From positions 333,188,001-333,252,000 of the forward strand of contig OZ024743.1 in assembly GCA_964016885.1 (NCBI GenBank): a DNA stretch of 64,000 bases, read 5' to 3'. The DNA comes from Eledone cirrhosa. Taxonomy: Eukaryota. The position numbers and the translations under genes were made by a program. The notes below the pieces were generated by a model. It ran no database searches, was not told where the DNA came from, and saw only the letters and a list, made by a program, of their open reading frames with translations. Shown one piece after another: positions 14,000 through 29,650 of this stretch. Position 1 is the stretch's first letter. Each line of letters starts with the position of its first letter.

Positions 14000-16900
14000 A
14001 ACCTCCATGGAACAAACTACCTGCATCAGTTGTTAGCTGTCGAGACACTGCATCCTTCAAAACCTCCATGGAACAAACTACCTGCATCAGTTGTTAGCTG
14101 TCGAAACACTGCATCCTTTAAAACCTCCATGGAACAAACTACCTGAATCAGTTGTTAGCTGTCGAGACACTGCATCCTTTTAAACCTCCATGGAACAAAC
14201 TACCTGCATCAGTTGTTAGCTGTCGAGACACTGCATCCTTTAAAACCTCCATGGAACAAACTACCTACATCAGTAGTTAGCTGTCGAGACACTGCATCCT
14301 TTAAAACCTCCATGGAACAAACTGCCTTTATCAGTTGTTAGCTGTCGAGACACTGCATCCTTTAAAACCTCCATGGAACAAACTACCTACATCAGTTGTT
14401 AGCTGTCGAGACACTGCATCCTTTAAAACCTCCATGGAACAAACTACCTGCATCAGTTGTTAGCTGTCGAGACACTGCATCCTTTAAAACCTCCATGGAA
14501 CAAACTACCTGCATCAGTTGTTAGCTGTCGAGACACTGCATCCTTTAAAACCTCCATGGAACAAACTACCTGCATCAGTTGTTAGCTGTCGAGACACTGC
14601 ATCCTTTAAAACCTCCATGGATCAAACTACCTGCAACAGTTGCTAGCTATCGAGACACTGCATCCTTTAAAACCTCCATGGAACAAACTACCTACATCCG
14701 TTGTTAGCTGTCGAGACACTGCATCCTTTAAAACCTCCATGGAACAAACTACCTGCATCAGTTGTTAGTTGTCGAGACACTGCATCCTTTAAAACCTCCA
14801 TGGAACAAACTTCCTGCATCAGTTGTTAGCTGTTGAGACACTGCTTCCTTTAAAACCTCCATGGAACAAACTACCTGCATCAGTTGTTAGCTGTCGAGAC
14901 ACTGCATCCTTTAAAACCTCCATGGAACATACTACCTGCATCAGTTGTTAGCTGTCGAGACACTGCATCCTTTAAAACCTCCATGGAACAAACTACCTGC
15001 ATCAGTTGTTAGCTGTCGAGACACTGCATCCTTTAAGACCTCCATGGATCAAACTACCTGCAACAGTTGCTAGCTGTCGAGACACTGCATCCGTTAAAAC
15101 CTCCATGGAACAAACTACCTACATCAGTTGTTAGCTGTCGAGACACTGCATCCTTTAAAACCTCCATGGAACAAACTACCTACATCAGTTGTTAGCTGTT
15201 GAGACACTGCTTCCTTTAAAACCTCCATGGAACAAACTACCTACATCAGTTGTTAGCTGTTGAGACACTGCTTCCTTTAAAACCTCCATGGAACAAACTA
15301 CCTGCATCAGTTGTTAGCTGTCGAGACACTGCATCCTTTAAAACCTCCATGGAACAAACTACCTGCATCAGTTGTTAGCTGTCGAGACACTGCATCCTTT
15401 TAAACCTCCATGGAACAAACTACCTGCATCAGTAGTTAGCTGTCGAGACACTGCATCCTTTAAAACCTCCATGGAACAAACTACCTGCATCAGTAGTTAG
15501 CTGTCGAGACACTGCATCCTTTAAAACCTCCATGGAACAAACTGCCTGATTCAGTTGTTAGCTCTCGAGACACTGCATCCTTTAAAACCTCCATGGAACA
15601 AACTACCTACATCAGTTGTTAGCTGTCGAGACACTGCATCCTTTAAAACCTCCATGGAACAAACTACTTGCATCAGTTGTTAGCTGTCGAGACACTGCAT
15701 CCTTTAAAACCTCCATGGAACAAACTACCTGCATCAGTTGTTAGCTGTCGAGACACTGCATCCTTTAAAACCTCCATGGAACAAACTACCTGCATCAGTT
15801 GTTAGCTGTCGAGACACTGCATCCTTTAAAACCTCCATGGAAAAAACTACCTGCATCAGTTGTTAGCTGTCGAAACACTGCATCCTTTAAAACCTCCATG
15901 GAACAAACTACCTGAATCAGTTGTTAGCTGTCGAGACACTGCATCCTTTAAAACCTCCATGGAACAAACTACCTGCATCAGTTGTTAGCTGTCGAGACAC
16001 TGCATCCTTTAAAACCTCCATGGAACAAACTACCTACATCAGTAGTTAGCTGTCGAGACACTGCATCCTTTAAAACCTCCATGGAACAAACTGCCTGTAT
16101 CAGTTGTTAGCTGTCGAGACACTGCATCCTTTAAAACCTCCATGGAACAAACTACCTGCATCAGTTGTTAGCTGTCGAGACACTGCATCCTTTAAAACCT
16201 CCATGGAACAAACTACCTGAATCAGTTGTTAGCTGTCGAGACACTGCATCCTTTAAAACCTCCATGGAACAAACTACCTGCATCAGTTGTTAGCTGTCGA
16301 GACACTGCATCCTTTAAAACCTCCATGGAACAAACTACCTGCATCAGTTGTTAGCTGTCGAGACACTGCATCCTTTAAAACCTCCATGGAACAAACTTCC
16401 TGCATCAGTTGTTAGCTGTTGAGACACTGCTTCCTTTAAAACCTCCATGGAACAAACTACCTGCATCAGTTGTTAGCTGTCGAGACACTGCATCCTTTAA
16501 AACCTCCATGGAACAAACTACCTGCATCAGTTGTTAGCTGTCGAGACACTGCATCCTTTAAAACCTCCATGGAACAAACTACCTGCATCAGTTGTTAGCT
16601 GTCGAGACACTGCATCCTTTAAAACCTCCATGGATCAAACTACCTGCAACAGTTGCTAGCTGTCGAGACACTGCATCCGTTAAAACCTCCATGGAACAAA
16701 CGACCTACATCAGTTGTTAGCTGTCGAGACACTGCATCCTTTAAAACCTCCATGGAACAAACTACCTACATCAGTTGTTAGCTGTCGAGACACTGCATCC
16801 TTTAAAACCTCCATGGATCAAACTACCTGCAACAGTTGCTAGCTATCGAGACACTGCATCCTTTAAAACCTCCATGGAACAAACTACCTACATCCGTTGT

Positions 16901-19900
16901 TAGCTGTCGAGACACTGCATCCTTTAAAACCTCCATGGAACAAACTACCTGCATCAGTTGTTAGCTGTCGAGACACTGCATCCTTTAAAACCTCCATGGA
17001 ACAAACTTCCTGCATCAGTTGTTAGCTGTTGAGACACTGCTTCCTTTAAAACCTCCATGGAACAAACTACCTGCATCAGTTGTTAGCTGTCGAGACACTG
17101 CATCCTTTAAAACCTCCATGGAACATACTACCTGCATCAGTTGTTAGCTGTCGAGACACTGCATCCTTTAAAACCTCCATGGAACAAACTACCTGCATCA
17201 GTTGTTAGCTGTCGAGACACTGCATCCTTTAAGACCTCCATGGATCAAACTACCTGCAACAGTTGCTAGCTGTCGAGACACTGCATCCGTTAAAACCTCC
17301 ATGGAACAAACTACCTACATCAGTTGTTAGCTGTCGAGACACTGCATCCTTTAAAACCTCCATGGAACAAACTACCTACATCAGTTGTTAGCTGTTGAGA
17401 CACTGCTTCCTTTAAAACCTCCATGGAACAAACTACCTACATCAGTTGTTAGCTGTTGAGACACTGCTTCCTTTAAAACCTCCATGGAACAAACTACCTG
17501 CATCAGTTGTTAGCTGTCGAGACACTGCATCCTTTAAAACCTCCATGGAACAAACTACCTGCATCAGTTGTTAGCTGTCGAGACACTGCATCCTTTAAAA
17601 CCTCCATGGAACAAACTACCTGCATCAGTTGTTAGCTGTCGAGACACTGCATCCTTTTAAACCTCCATGGAACAAACTACCTGCATCAGTAGTTAGCTGT
17701 CGAGACACTGCATCCTTTAAAACCTCCATGGAACAAACTACCTGCATCAGTAGTTAGCTGTCGAGACACTGCATCCTTTAAAACCTCCATGGAACAAACT
17801 GCCTGATTCAGTTGTTAGCTCTCGAGACACTGCATCCTTTAAAACCTCCATGGAACAAACTACCTACATCAGTTGTTAGCTGTCGAGACACTGCATCCTT
17901 TAAAACCTCCATGGAACAAACTACCTGCATCAGTTGTTAGCTGTCGAGACACTGCATCCTTTAAAACCTCCATGGAACAAACTACCTGCATCAGTTGTTA
18001 GCTGTCGAGACACTGCATCCTTTAAAACCTCCATGGAACAAACTACCTGCATCAGTTGTTAGCTGTCGAGACACTGCATCCTTTAAAACCTCCATGGAAA
18101 AAACTACCTGCATCAGTTGTTAGCTGTCGAAACACTGCATCCTTTAAAACCTCCATGGAACAAACTACCTGAATCAGTTGTTAGCTGTCGAGACACTGCA
18201 TCCTTTAAAACCTCCATGGAACAAACTACCTGCATCAGTTGTTAGCTGTCGAGACACTGCATCCTTTAAAACCTCCATGGAACAAACTACCTACATCAGT
18301 AGTTAGCTGTCGAGACACTGCATCCTTTAAAACCTCCATGGAACAAACTGCCTGTATCAGTTGTTAGCTGTCGAGACACTGCATCCTTTAAAACCTCCAT
18401 GGAACAAACTACCTGCATCAGTTGTTAGCTGTCGAGACACTGCATCCTTTAAAACCTCCATGGAACAAACTACCTGAATCAGTTGTTAGCTGTCGAGACA
18501 CTGCATCCTTTAAAACCTCCATGGAACAAACTACCTGCATCAGTTGTTAGCTGTTGAGACACTGCATCCTTTAAAACCTCCATGGAACAAACTACCTGCA
18601 TCAGTTGTTAGCTGTCGAGACACTGCATCCTTTAAAACCTCCATGGAACAAACTTCCTGCATCAGTTGTTAGCTGTTGAGACACTGCTTCCTTTAAAACC
18701 TCCATGGAACAAACTATCTGCATCAGTTGTTAGCTGTCGAGACACTGCATCCTTTAAAACCTCCATGGAACAAACTACCTGCATCAGTTGTTAGCTGTCG
18801 AGACACTGCATCCTTTAAAACCTCCATGGAACAAACTACCTGCATCAGTTGTTAGCTGTCGAGACACTGCATCCTTTAAAACCTCCATGGATCAAACTAC
18901 CTGCAACAGTTGCTAGCTGTCGAGACACTGCATCCGTTAAAACCTCCATGGAACAAACGACCTACATCAGTTGTTAGCTGTCGAGACACTGCATCCTTTA
19001 AAACCTCCATGGAACAAACTACCTACATCAGTTGTTAGCTGTTGAGACACTGCTTCCTTTAAAACCTCCATGGAACAAACTACCTACATCAGTTGTTAGC
19101 TGTTGAGACACTGCTTCCTTTAAAACCTCCATGGAACAAACTACCTGCATCAGTTGTTAGCTGTCGAGACACTGCATCCTTTAAAACCTCCATGGAACAA
19201 ACTACCTGCATCAGTTGTTAGCTGTCGAGACACTGCATCCTTTAAAACCTCCATGGAACAAACTACCTGCATCAGTTGTTAGCTGTCAGGACACTGCATC
19301 CTTTAAAACCTCCATGGAACAAACTACCTGCATCAGTTGTTAGCTGTTGAGACACTGCTTCCTTTAAAACCTCCATGGAACAAACTACCTGCATCAGTTG
19401 TTAGCTGTCGAGACACTGAATCCTTTAAAACCTCCATGGAACATACTACCTGCATCAGTTGTTAGCTGTCGAGACACTGCATCCTTTAAAACCTCCATGG
19501 AACAAACTACCTGCATCAGTTGTTAGCTGTCGAGACACTGCATCCTTTAAGACCTCCATGGATCAAACTACCTGCAACAGTTGCTAGCTGTCGAGACACT
19601 GCATCCGTTAAAACCTCCATGGAACAAACTACCTACATCAGTTGTTAGCTGTCGAGACACTGCATCCTTTAAAACCTCCATGGAACAAACTACCTACATC
19701 AGTTGTTAGCTGTTGAGACACTGCTTCCTTTAAAACCTCCATGGAACAAACTACCTACATCAGTTGTTAGCTGTTGAGACACTGCTTCCTTTAAAACCTC
19801 CATGGAACAAACTACCTGCATCAGTTGTTAGCTGTCGAGACACTGCATCCTTTAAAACCTCCATGGAACAAACTACCTGCATCAGTTGTTAGCTGTCGAG

Positions 19901-22900
19901 ACACTGCATCCTTTAAAACCTCCATGGAACAAACTACCTGCATCAGTTGTTAGCTGTCGAGACACTGCATCCTTTTAAACCTCCATGGAACAAACTACCT
20001 GCATCAGTAGTTAGCTGTCGAGACACTGCATCCTTTAAAACCTCCATGGAACAAACTACCTGCATCAGTAGTTAGCTGTCGAGACACTGCATCCTTTAAA
20101 ACCTCCATGGAACAAACTGCCTGATTCAGTTGTTAGCTCTCGAGACACTGCATCCTTTAAAACCTCCATGGAACAAACTACCTACATCAGTTGTTAGCTG
20201 TCGAGACACTGCATCCTTTAAAACCTCCATGGAACAAACTACCTGCATCAGTTGTTAGCTGTCGAGACACTGCATCCTTTAAAACCTCCATGGAACAAAC
20301 TACCTGCATCAGTTGTTAGCTGTCGAGACACTGCATCCTTTAAAACCTCCATGGAACAAACTACCTGCATCAGTTGTTAGCTGTCGAGACACTGCATCCT
20401 TTAAAACCTCCATGGAAAAAACTACCTGCATCAGTTGTTAGCTGTCGAAACACTGCATCCTTTAAAACCTCCATGGAACAAACTACCTGAATCAGTTGTT
20501 AGCTGTCGAGACACTGCATCCTTTAAAACCTCCATGGAACAAACTACCTGCATCAGTTGTTAGCTGTCGAGACACTGCATCCTTTAAAACCTCCATGGAA
20601 CAAACTACCTACATCAGTAGTTAGCTGTCGAGACACTGCATCCTTTAAAACCTCCATGGAACAAACTGCCTGTATCAGTTGTTAGCTGTCGAGACACTGC
20701 ATCCTTTAAAACCTCCATGGAACAAACTACCTGCATCAGTTGTTAGCTGTCGAGACACTGCATCCTTTAAAACCTCCATGGAACAAACTACCTGAATCAG
20801 TTGTTAGCTGTCGAGACACTGCATCCTTTAAAACCTCCATGGAACAAACTACCTGCATCAGTTGTTAGCTGTCGAGACACTGCATCCTTTAAAACCTCCA
20901 TGGAACAAACTACCTGCATCAGTTGTTAGCTGTCGAGACACTGCATCCTTTAAAACCTCCATGGAACAAACTACCTGCATCAGTTGTTAGCTGTCGAGAC
21001 ACTGCATCCTTTAAAACCTCCATGGAAAAAACTACCTGCATCAGTTGTTAGCTGTCGAGACACTGCATCCTTTAAAACCTCCATGGAACAAACTACCTGA
21101 ATCAGTTGTTAGCTGTCGAGACACTGCATCCTTTAAAACCTCCATGGAACAAACTACCTGCATCAGTTGTTAGCTGTCGAGACACTGCATCCTTTAAAAC
21201 CTCCATGGAACAAACTACCTACATCAGTAGTTAGCTGTCGAGACACTGCATCCTTTAAAACCTCCATGGAACAAACTGCCTGTATCAGTTGTTAGCTGTC
21301 GAGACACTGCATCCTTTAAAACCTCCATGGAACAAACTACCTGCATCAGTTGTTAGCTGTCGAGACACTGCATCCTTTAAAACCTCCATGGAACAAACTA
21401 CCTGCATCAGTTGTTAGCTGTCGAGACACTGCATCCTTTAAAACCTCCATGGAACAAACTACCTGCATCAGTTGTTAGCTGTCGAGACACTGCATCCTTT
21501 AAAACCTCCATGGAACAAACTACCTGCATCAGTTGTTAGCTGTCGAGACACTGCATCCTTTAAAACCTCCATGGAACAAACTACCTGCATCAGTTGTTAG
21601 CTGTCGAGACACTGCATCCTTTAAACCTCCATGGAACAAACTACCTGCATCAGTTGTTAGCTGTCGAGACACTGCATCCTTTAAACCTCCATGGAACAAA
21701 CTACCTGCATCAGTTGTTAGCTGTCGAGACACTGCATCCTTTAAAACCTCCATGGATCAAACTACCTGCAACAGTTGCCTAGCTGTCGAGACACTGCATC
21801 CGTTAAAACCTCCATGGAACAAACGACCTACATCAGTTGTTAGCTGTCGAGACACTGCATCCTTTAAAACCTCCATGGAACAAACTACCTACATCAGTTG
21901 TTAGCTGTCGAGACACTGCATCCTTTAAAACCTCCATGGAACAAACTACCTACATCAGTTGTTAGCTGTTGAGACACTGCTTCCTTTAAAACCTCCATGG
22001 AACAAACTACCTACATCAGTTGTTAGCTGTCGAGACACTGCTTCCTTTAAAACCTCCATGGAACAAACTACCTGCATCAGTTGTTAGCTGTCGAGACACT
22101 GCATCCTTTAAAACCTCCATGGAACAAACTACCTGCATCAGTTGTTAGCTGTCGAGACACTGCATCCTTTAAAACCTCCATGGAACAAACTACCTACATC
22201 AGTTGTTAGCTGTTGAGACACTGCTTCCTTTAAAACCTCCATGGAACAAACTACCTACATCAGTTGTTAGCTGTCGAGACACTGCTTCCTTTAAAACCTC
22301 CATGGAACAAACTACCTGCATCAGTTGTTAGCTGTCGAGACACTGCATCCTTTAAAACCTCCATGGAACAAACTACCTGCATCAGTTGTTAGCTGTCGAG
22401 ACACTGCATCCTTTAAAACCTCCATGGAACAAACTACCTGCATCAGTTGTTAGCTGTCGAGACACTGCATCCTTCAAAACCTCCATGGAACAAACTACCT
22501 GCATCAGTTGTTAGCTGTCGAAACACTGCATCCTTTAAAACCTCCATGGAACAAACTACCTGAATCAGTTGTTAGCTGTCGAGACACTGCATCCTTTTAA
22601 ACCTCCATGGAACAAACTACCTGCATCAGTTGTTAGCTGTCGAGACACTGCATCCTTTAAAACCTCCATGGAACAAACTACCTACATCAGTAGTTAGCTG
22701 TCGAGACACTGCATCCTTTAAAACCTCCATGGAACAAACTGCCTTTATCAGTTGTTAGCTGTCGAGACACTGCATCCTTTAAAACCTCCATGGAACAAAC
22801 TACCTACATCAGTTGTTAGCTGTCGAGACACTGCATCCTTTAAAACCTCCATGGAACAAACTACCTGCATCAGTTGTTAGCTGTCGAGACACTGCATCCT

Positions 22901-25900
22901 TTAAAACCTCCATGGAACAAACTACCTGCATCAGTTGTTAGCTGTCGAGACACTGCATCCTTTAAAACCTCCATGGAACAAACTACCTGCATCAGTTGTT
23001 AGCTGTCGAGACACTGCATCCTTTAAAACCTCCATGGATCAAACTACCTGCAACAGTTGCTAGCTATCGAGACACTGCATCCTTTAAAACCTCCATGGAA
23101 CAAACTACCTACATCCGTTGTTAGCTGTCGAGACACTGCATCCTTTAAAACCTCCATGGAACAAACTACCTGCATCAGTTGTTAGCTGTCGAGACACTGC
23201 ATCCTTTAAAACCTCCATGGAACAAACTTCCTGCATCAGTTGTTAGCTGTTGAGACACTGCTTCCTTTAAAACCTCCATGGAACAAACTACCTGCATCAG
23301 TTGTTAGCTGTCGAGACACTGCATCCTTTAAAACCTCCATGGAACATACTACCTGCATCAGTTGTTAGCTGTCGAGACACTGCATCCTTTAAAACCTCCA
23401 TGGAACAAACTACCTGCATCAGTTGTTAGCTGTCGAGACACTGCATCCTTTAAGACCTCCATGGATCAAACTACCTGCAACAGTTGCTAGCTGTCGAGAC
23501 ACTGCATCCGTTAAAACCTCCATGGAACAAACTACCTACATCAGTTGTTAGCTGTCGAGACACTGCATCCTTTAAAACCTCCATGGAACAAACTACCTAC
23601 ATCAGTTGTTAGCTGTTGAGACACTGCTTCCTTTAAAACCTCCATGGAACAAACTACCTACATCAGTTGTTAGCTGTTGAGACACTGCTTCCTTTAAAAC
23701 CTCCATGGAACAAACTACCTGCATCAGTTGTTAGCTGTCGAGACACTGCATCCTTTAAAACCTCCATGGAACAAACTACCTGCATCAGTTGTTAGCTGTC
23801 GAGACACTGCATCCTTTTAAACCTCCATGGAACAAACTACCTGCATCAGTAGTTAGCTGTCGAGACACTGCATCCTTTAAAACCTCCATGGAACAAACTA
23901 CCTGCATCAGTAGTTAGCTGTCGAGACACTGCATCCTTTAAAACCTCCATGGAACAAACTGCCTGATTCAGTTGTTAGCTCTCGAGACACTGCATCCTTT
24001 AAAACCTCCATGGAACAAACTACCTACATCAGTTGTTAGCTGTCGAGACACTGCATCCTTTAAAACCTCCATGGAACAAACTACTTGCATCAGTTGTTAG
24101 CTGTCGAGACACTGCATCCTTTAAAACCTCCATGGAACAAACTACCTGCATCAGTTGTTAGCTGTCGAGACACTGCATCCTTTAAAACCTCCATGGAACA
24201 AACTACCTGCATCAGTTGTTAGCTGTCGAGACACTGCATCCTTTAAAACCTCCATGGAAAAAACTACCTGCATCAGTTGTTAGCTGTCGAAACACTGCAT
24301 CCTTTAAAACCTCCATGGAACAAACTACCTGAATCAGTTGTTAGCTGTCGAGACACTGCATCCTTTAAAACCTCCATGGAACAAACTACCTGCATCAGTT
24401 GTTAGCTGTCGAGACACTGCATCCTTTAAAACCTCCATGGAACAAACTACCTACATCAGTAGTTAGCTGTCGAGACACTGCATCCTTTAAAACCTCCATG
24501 GAACAAACTGCCTGTATCAGTTGTTAGCTGTCGAGACACTGCATCCTTTAAAACCTCCATGGAACAAACTACCTGCATCAGTTGTTAGCTGTCGAGACAC
24601 TGCATCCTTTAAAACCTCCATGGAACAAACTACCTGAATCAGTTGTTAGCTGTCGAGACACTGCATCCTTTAAAACCTCCATGGAACAAACTACCTGCAT
24701 CAGTTGTTAGCTGTCGAGACACTGCATCCTTTAAAACCTCCATGGAACAAACTACCTGCATCAGTTGTTAGCTGTCGAGACACTGCATCCTTTAAAACCT
24801 CCATGGAACAAACTTCCTGCATCAGTTGTTAGCTGTTGAGACACTGCTTCCTTTAAAACCTCCATGGAACAAACTACCTGCATCAGTTGTTAGCTGTCGA
24901 GACACTGCATCCTTTAAAACCTCCATGGAACAAACTACCTGCATCAGTTGTTAGCTGTCGAGACACTGCATCCTTTAAAACCTCCATGGAACAAACTACC
25001 TGCATCAGTTGTTAGCTGTCGAGACACTGCATCCTTTAAAACCTCCATGGATCAAACTACCTGCAACAGTTGCTAGCTGTCGAGACACTGCATCCGTTAA
25101 AACCTCCATGGAACAAACGACCTACATCAGTTGTTAGCTGTCGAGACACTGCATCCTTTAAAACCTCCATGGAACAAACTACCTACATCAGTTGTTAGCT
25201 GTCGAGACACTGCATCCTTTAAAACCTCCATGGATCAAACTACCTGCAACAGTTGCTAGCTATCGAGACACTGCATCCTTTAAAACCTCCATGGAACAAA
25301 CTACCTACATCCGTTGTTAGCTGTCGAGACACTGCATCCTTTAAAACCTCCATGGAACAAACTACCTGCATCAGTTGTTAGCTGTCGAGACACTGCATCC
25401 TTTAAAACCTCCATGGAACAAACTTCCTGCATCAGTTGTTAGCTGTTGAGACACTGCTTCCTTTAAAACCTCCATGGAACAAACTACCTGCATCAGTTGT
25501 TAGCTGTCGAGACACTGCATCCTTTAAAACCTCCATGGAACATACTACCTGCATCAGTTGTTAGCTGTCGAGACACTGCATCCTTTAAAACCTCCATGGA
25601 ACAAACTACCTGCATCAGTTGTTAGCTGTCGAGACACTGCATCCTTTAAGACCTCCATGGATCAAACTACCTGCAACAGTTGCTAGCTGTCGAGACACTG
25701 CATCCGTTAAAACCTCCATGGAACAAACTACCTACATCAGTTGTTAGCTGTCGAGACACTGCATCCTTTAAAACCTCCATGGAACAAACTACCTACATCA
25801 GTTGTTAGCTGTTGAGACACTGCTTCCTTTAAAACCTCCATGGAACAAACTACCTACATCAGTTGTTAGCTGTTGAGACACTGCTTCCTTTAAAACCTCC

Positions 25901-28900
25901 ATGGAACAAACTACCTGCATCAGTTGTTAGCTGTCGAGACACTGCATCCTTTAAAACCTCCATGGAACAAACTACCTGCATCAGTTGTTAGCTGTCGAGA
26001 CACTGCATCCTTTAAAACCTCCATGGAACAAACTACCTGCATCAGTTGTTAGCTGTCGAGACACTGCATCCTTTTAAACCTCCATGGAACAAACTACCTG
26101 CATCAGTAGTTAGCTGTCGAGACACTGCATCCTTTAAAACCTCCATGGAACAAACTACCTGCATCAGTAGTTAGCTGTCGAGACACTGCATCCTTTAAAA
26201 CCTCCATGGAACAAACTGCCTGATTCAGTTGTTAGCTCTCGAGACACTGCATCCTTTAAAACCTCCATGGAACAAACTACCTACATCAGTTGTTAGCTGT
26301 CGAGACACTGCATCCTTTAAAACCTCCATGGAACAAACTACCTGCATCAGTTGTTAGCTGTCGAGACACTGCATCCTTTAAAACCTCCATGGAACAAACT
26401 ACCTGCATCAGTTGTTAGCTGTCGAGACACTGCATCCTTTAAAACCTCCATGGAACAAACTACCTGCATCAGTTGTTAGCTGTCGAGACACTGCATCCTT
26501 TAAAACCTCCATGGAAAAAACTACCTGCATCAGTTGTTAGCTGTCGAAACACTGCATCCTTTAAAACCTCCATGGAACAAACTACCTGAATCAGTTGTTA
26601 GCTGTCGAGACACTGCATCCTTTAAAACCTCCATGGAACAAACTACCTGCATCAGTTGTTAGCTGTCGAGACACTGCATCCTTTAAAACCTCCATGGAAC
26701 AAACTACCTACATCAGTAGTTAGCTGTCGAGACACTGCATCCTTTAAAACCTCCATGGAACAAACTGCCTGTATCAGTTGTTAGCTGTCGAGACACTGCA
26801 TCCTTTAAAACCTCCATGGAACAAACTACCTGCATCAGTTGTTAGCTGTCGAGACACTGCATCCTTTAAAACCTCCATGGAACAAACTACCTGAATCAGT
26901 TGTTAGCTGTCGAGACACTGCATCCTTTAAAACCTCCATGGAACAAACTACCTGCATCAGTTGTTAGCTGTTGAGACACTGCATCCTTTAAAACCTCCAT
27001 GGAACAAACTACCTGCATCAGTTGTTAGCTGTCGAGACACTGCATCCTTTAAAACCTCCATGGAACAAACTTCCTGCATCAGTTGTTAGCTGTTGAGACA
27101 CTGCTTCCTTTAAAACCTCCATGGAACAAACTATCTGCATCAGTTGTTAGCTGTCGAGACACTGCATCCTTTAAAACCTCCATGGAACAAACTACCTGCA
27201 TCAGTTGTTAGCTGTCGAGACACTGCATCCTTTAAAACCTCCATGGAACAAACTACCTGCATCAGTTGTTAGCTGTCGAGACACTGCATCCTTTAAAACC
27301 TCCATGGATCAAACTACCTGCAACAGTTGCTAGCTGTCGAGACACTGCATCCGTTAAAACCTCCATGGAACAAACGACCTACATCAGTTGTTAGCTGTCG
27401 AGACACTGCATCCTTTAAAACCTCCATGGAACAAACTACCTACATCAGTTGTTAGCTGTTGAGACACTGCTTCCTTTAAAACCTCCATGGAACAAACTAC
27501 CTACATCAGTTGTTAGCTGTTGAGACACTGCTTCCTTTAAAACCTCCATGGAACAAACTACCTGCATCAGTTGTTAGCTGTCGAGACACTGCATCCTTTA
27601 AAACCTCCATGGAACAAACTACCTGCATCAGTTGTTAGCTGTCGAGACACTGCATCCTTTAAAACCTCCATGGAACAAACTACCTGCATCAGTTGTTAGC
27701 TGTCAGGACACTGCATCCTTTAAAACCTCCATGGAACAAACTACCTGCATCAGTTGTTAGCTGTTGAGACACTGCTTCCTTTAAAACCTCCATGGAACAA
27801 ACTACCTGCATCAGTTGTTAGCTGTCGAGACACTGAATCCTTTAAAACCTCCATGGAACATACTACCTGCATCAGTTGTTAGCTGTCGAGACACTGCATC
27901 CTTTAAAACCTCCATGGAACAAACTACCTGCATCAGTTGTTAGCTGTCGAGACACTGCATCCGTTAAAACCTCCATGGAACAAACTACCTACATCAGTTG
28001 TTAGCTGTCGAGACACTGCATCCTTTAAAACCTCCATGGAACAAACTACCTACATCAGTTGTTAGCTGTTGAGACACTGCTTCCTTTAAAACCTCCATGG
28101 AACAAACTACCTACATCAGTTGTTAGCTGTTGAGACACTGCTTCCTTTAAAACCTCCATGGGACAAACTACCTGCATCAGTTGTTAGCTGTCGAGACACT
28201 GCATCCTTTAAAACCTCCATGGAACAAACTACCTGCATCAGTTGTTAGCTGTCGAGACACTGCATCCTTTAAAACCTCCATGGAACAAACTACCTGCATC
28301 AGTTGTTAGCTGTCGAGACACTGCATCCTTTTAAACCTCCATGGAACAAACTACCTGCATCAGTAGTTAGCTGTCGAGACACTGCATCCTTTAAAACCTC
28401 CATGGAACAAACTACCTGCATCAGTAGTTAGCTGTCGAGACACTGCATCCTTTAAAACCTCCATGGAACAAACTGCCTGATTCAGTTGTTAGCTCTCGAG
28501 ACACTGCATCCTTTAAAACCTCCATGGAACAAACTACCTACATCAGTTGTTAGCTGTCGAGACACTGCATCCTTTAAAACCTCCATGGAACAAACTACCT
28601 GCATCAGTTGTTAGCTGTCGAGACACTGCATCCTTTAAAACCTCCATGGAACAAACTACCTGCATCAGTTGTTAGCTGTCGAGACACTGCATCCTTTAAA
28701 ACCTCCATGGAACAAACTACCTGCATCAGTTGTTAGCTGTCGAGACACTGCATCCTTTAAAACCTCCATGGAAAAAACTACCTGCATCAGTTGTTAGCTG
28801 TCGAAACACTGCATCCTTTAAAACCTCCATGGAACAAACTACCTGAATCAGTTGTTAGCTGTCGAGACACTGCATCCTTTAAAACCTCCATGGAACAAAC

Positions 28901-29650
28901 TACCTGCATCAGTTGTTAGCTGTCGAGACACTGCATCCTTTAAAACCTCCATGGAACAAACTACCTACATCAGTAGTTAGCTGTCGAGACACTGCATCCT
29001 TTAAAACCTCCATGGAACAAACTGCCTGTATCAGTTGTTAGCTGTCGAGACACTGCATCCTTTAAAACCTCCATGGAACAAACTACCTGCATCAGTTGTT
29101 AGCTGTCGAGACACTGCATCCTTTAAAACCTCCATGGAACAAACTACCTGAATCAGTTGTTAGCTGTCGAGACACTGCATCCTTTAAAACCTCCATGGAA
29201 CAAACTACCTGCATCAGTTGTTAGCTGTCGAGACACTGCATCCTTTAAAACCTCCATGGAACAAACTACCTGCATCAGTTGTTAGCTGTCGAGACACTGC
29301 ATCCTTTAAAACCTCCATGGAACAAACTACCTGCATCAGTTGTTAGCTGTCGAGACACTGCATCCTTTAAAACCTCCATGGAAAAAACTACCTGCATCAG
29401 TTGTTAGCTGTCGAAACACTGCATCCTTTAAAACCTCCATGGAACAAACTACCTGAATCAGTTGTTAGCTGTCGAGACACTGCATCCTTTAAAACCTCCA
29501 TGGAACAAACTACCTGCATCAGTTGTTAGCTGTCGAGACACTGCATCCTTTAAAACCTCCATGGAACAAACTACCTACATCAGTAGTTAGCTGTCGAGAC
29601 ACTGCATCCTTTAAAACCTCCATGGAACAAACTGCCTGTATCAGTTGTTA
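14000..29650. repeat. About 8.4-kb (138-monomer) higher-order duplication containing internal 37-38-monomer units
   Basis: Marker pairs are all 8417 bp apart: CTTCAAA 14058/22475, TACTTG 15668/24085, CTATCTG 18717/27134, GTCAGG 19288/27705, CTGAATCC 19419/27836. The offset drops to 8356 after one monomer is lost at about 27.95 kb. Confidence 0.88.
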
